A DNA stretch of 64,000 nt, from NCBI RefSeq assembly GCF_963921235.1, contig NC_086097.1, positions 241,368,001 to 241,432,000 of the forward strand. The letters are read 5' to 3'. The translations under genes and the position numbers were made by a program. This stretch comes from Mobula hypostoma (Eukaryota). Below the pieces are notes generated by a model that saw only the letters and a program-made list of their open reading frames with translations, did not search any database and was not told the DNA's origin. This document shows, in pieces, positions 62,901 to 64,000 of the stretch. Numbering within the stretch: the stretch's first letter is position 1; every line of letters begins with the position of its first letter.

Positions 62901-64000
62901 TCTTGTAGGCTTATCTACATATTGTGGCAGGAAGCCTTCCTGAAGACGCCTATTAAACTCTACCCCACCTAAATCCCTTGCTTTAGGGAGATGCCTATCA
63001 ATATTTGGGAAATTAAAATCTCCCACCACAACAACCCTGTTATTATTACACCTTTCCACGATCTGTCTCCCTATCTGCTCCTCCATATCCCTGTTACTAT
63101 TGGGTGGTCAATAAAAAACACCTAGTAGAGTTATTGACTCTTTCTGGTTTCTAACTTCCATCCACAGAGACTTGGTAGACAATCCCTCCATGACTTCCTC
63201 CTTTTTTGCAGCCGTGACACTATCTCTGATCAGCAGTGCCACGCCCCCACCTCTTTTGCCTCCCTCCCTGTCCTTTCTGAAGCATCTATAGCCTGGTACT
63301 CAAAGTAACCATTCCTGCTCCTGAGCCATCCAAGTCTCTGTAACGGCCACAACATCATAGATCCAAGTACTGATCCATGCTCTAAGCTCATCCGCTTTGT
63401 TCATGATGCTTCTTGTGTTAAAATAGACACATCTCAAACCAACAGACTGAGCACATCCCTTCTCTATCACCTGCCTATCCTCCCTCTCACACTGCCTCCA
63501 AGCTTTCTCTATTTGTGAGCCAACAGCCAATTCCTCCGTCTCTTTAGTTCAGTTCCCACCCCCGGGAAATTCTAATATAAACTCTCCCCAATAGCCTTAG
63601 CAAACCTTCCTGCCAGGATATTGGCCCCCCCTTGGATTCAAGTGCAACCTGTCCTTTTTGTACAGGTCACACCTGCCCCAAAAGAGGTCCCAATGATCCA
63701 GAAATCTGAATCCCTGACCCCTGCTCCAATCCCTCAGCCACCTCACTCTATTCCTATACTCACTGTCACATGGCACAGGCAGTAATCTCGAGATTACTAC
63801 CTTTGAGGTCCGCTTCTCAACTTCCTTCCTAACTCCCTGTAGTCTGTTTTCAGGACCTCCTCCTTTTTCCTACCTACGTCGCTGGTACCTATATGTACCA
63901 CGACCTCTGGCTGTTCACCTTCCCACTTCAGGAAATATCTGGGAACTCACCTGGACAATAATCTGGACTGGACTAAAAATACAAGGGCTCTGTACAAGAA
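59960..64000 (+). mobile_element. Rex1-like RT (59960-60600, resuming at 63933) split by a CR1 insertion
   Basis: RITFFDFSSAFNTI..WITDRLSRRPQYV..GAPQ..KTKELVVDLR..YKY | KYLGTHLDNNLDWTKNT. Confidence 0.85.
60602..63932 (-). mobile_element. Long decayed CR1 LINE (end of ORF1 esterase, EN, RT, 3' tail)
   Basis: [57 protein letters not shown]; (TTCTATGT)-like tail. Confidence 0.93.

Overview
Eukaryotic, repeat-saturated DNA with the retroelement inventory typical of a cartilaginous fish (shark or ray; inferred from HE1/V-SINE-like and CR1/HER1-like elements). No intact host gene can be named, and almost all listed ORFs are decayed transposon pieces or their antisense shadows. Retroelements: many CR1 LINE fragments (two long decayed copies at ~13.5-18.7 kb and 60.6-63.9 kb), Rex1/Babar-like and RTE-like fragments, tRNA-derived SINEs, an internally deleted Gypsy element, a solo LTR, and many Penelope-like (GIY-YIG) fragments. 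DNA transposons: Tigger/pogo and Tc1 relics. Highlights: (1) the Penelope terminal repeats carry a minimal type-I hammerhead ribozyme motif (CAGUC-CUGANGA-A-GGGUCUCGGCCC-GAAACGUC-GACUG) in about ten copies, including tiny TSD-flanked insertions and a perfect 81-bp palindrome; (2) an ~8.6-kb, ~169-unit 51-bp minisatellite with higher-order structure, apparently born inside a retroelement tail; (3) several minus-strand exon-like segments in unique DNA, suggesting the window is mostly intron of an unidentified gene. Boundaries of decayed elements are approximate and read by eye; no database search was run.
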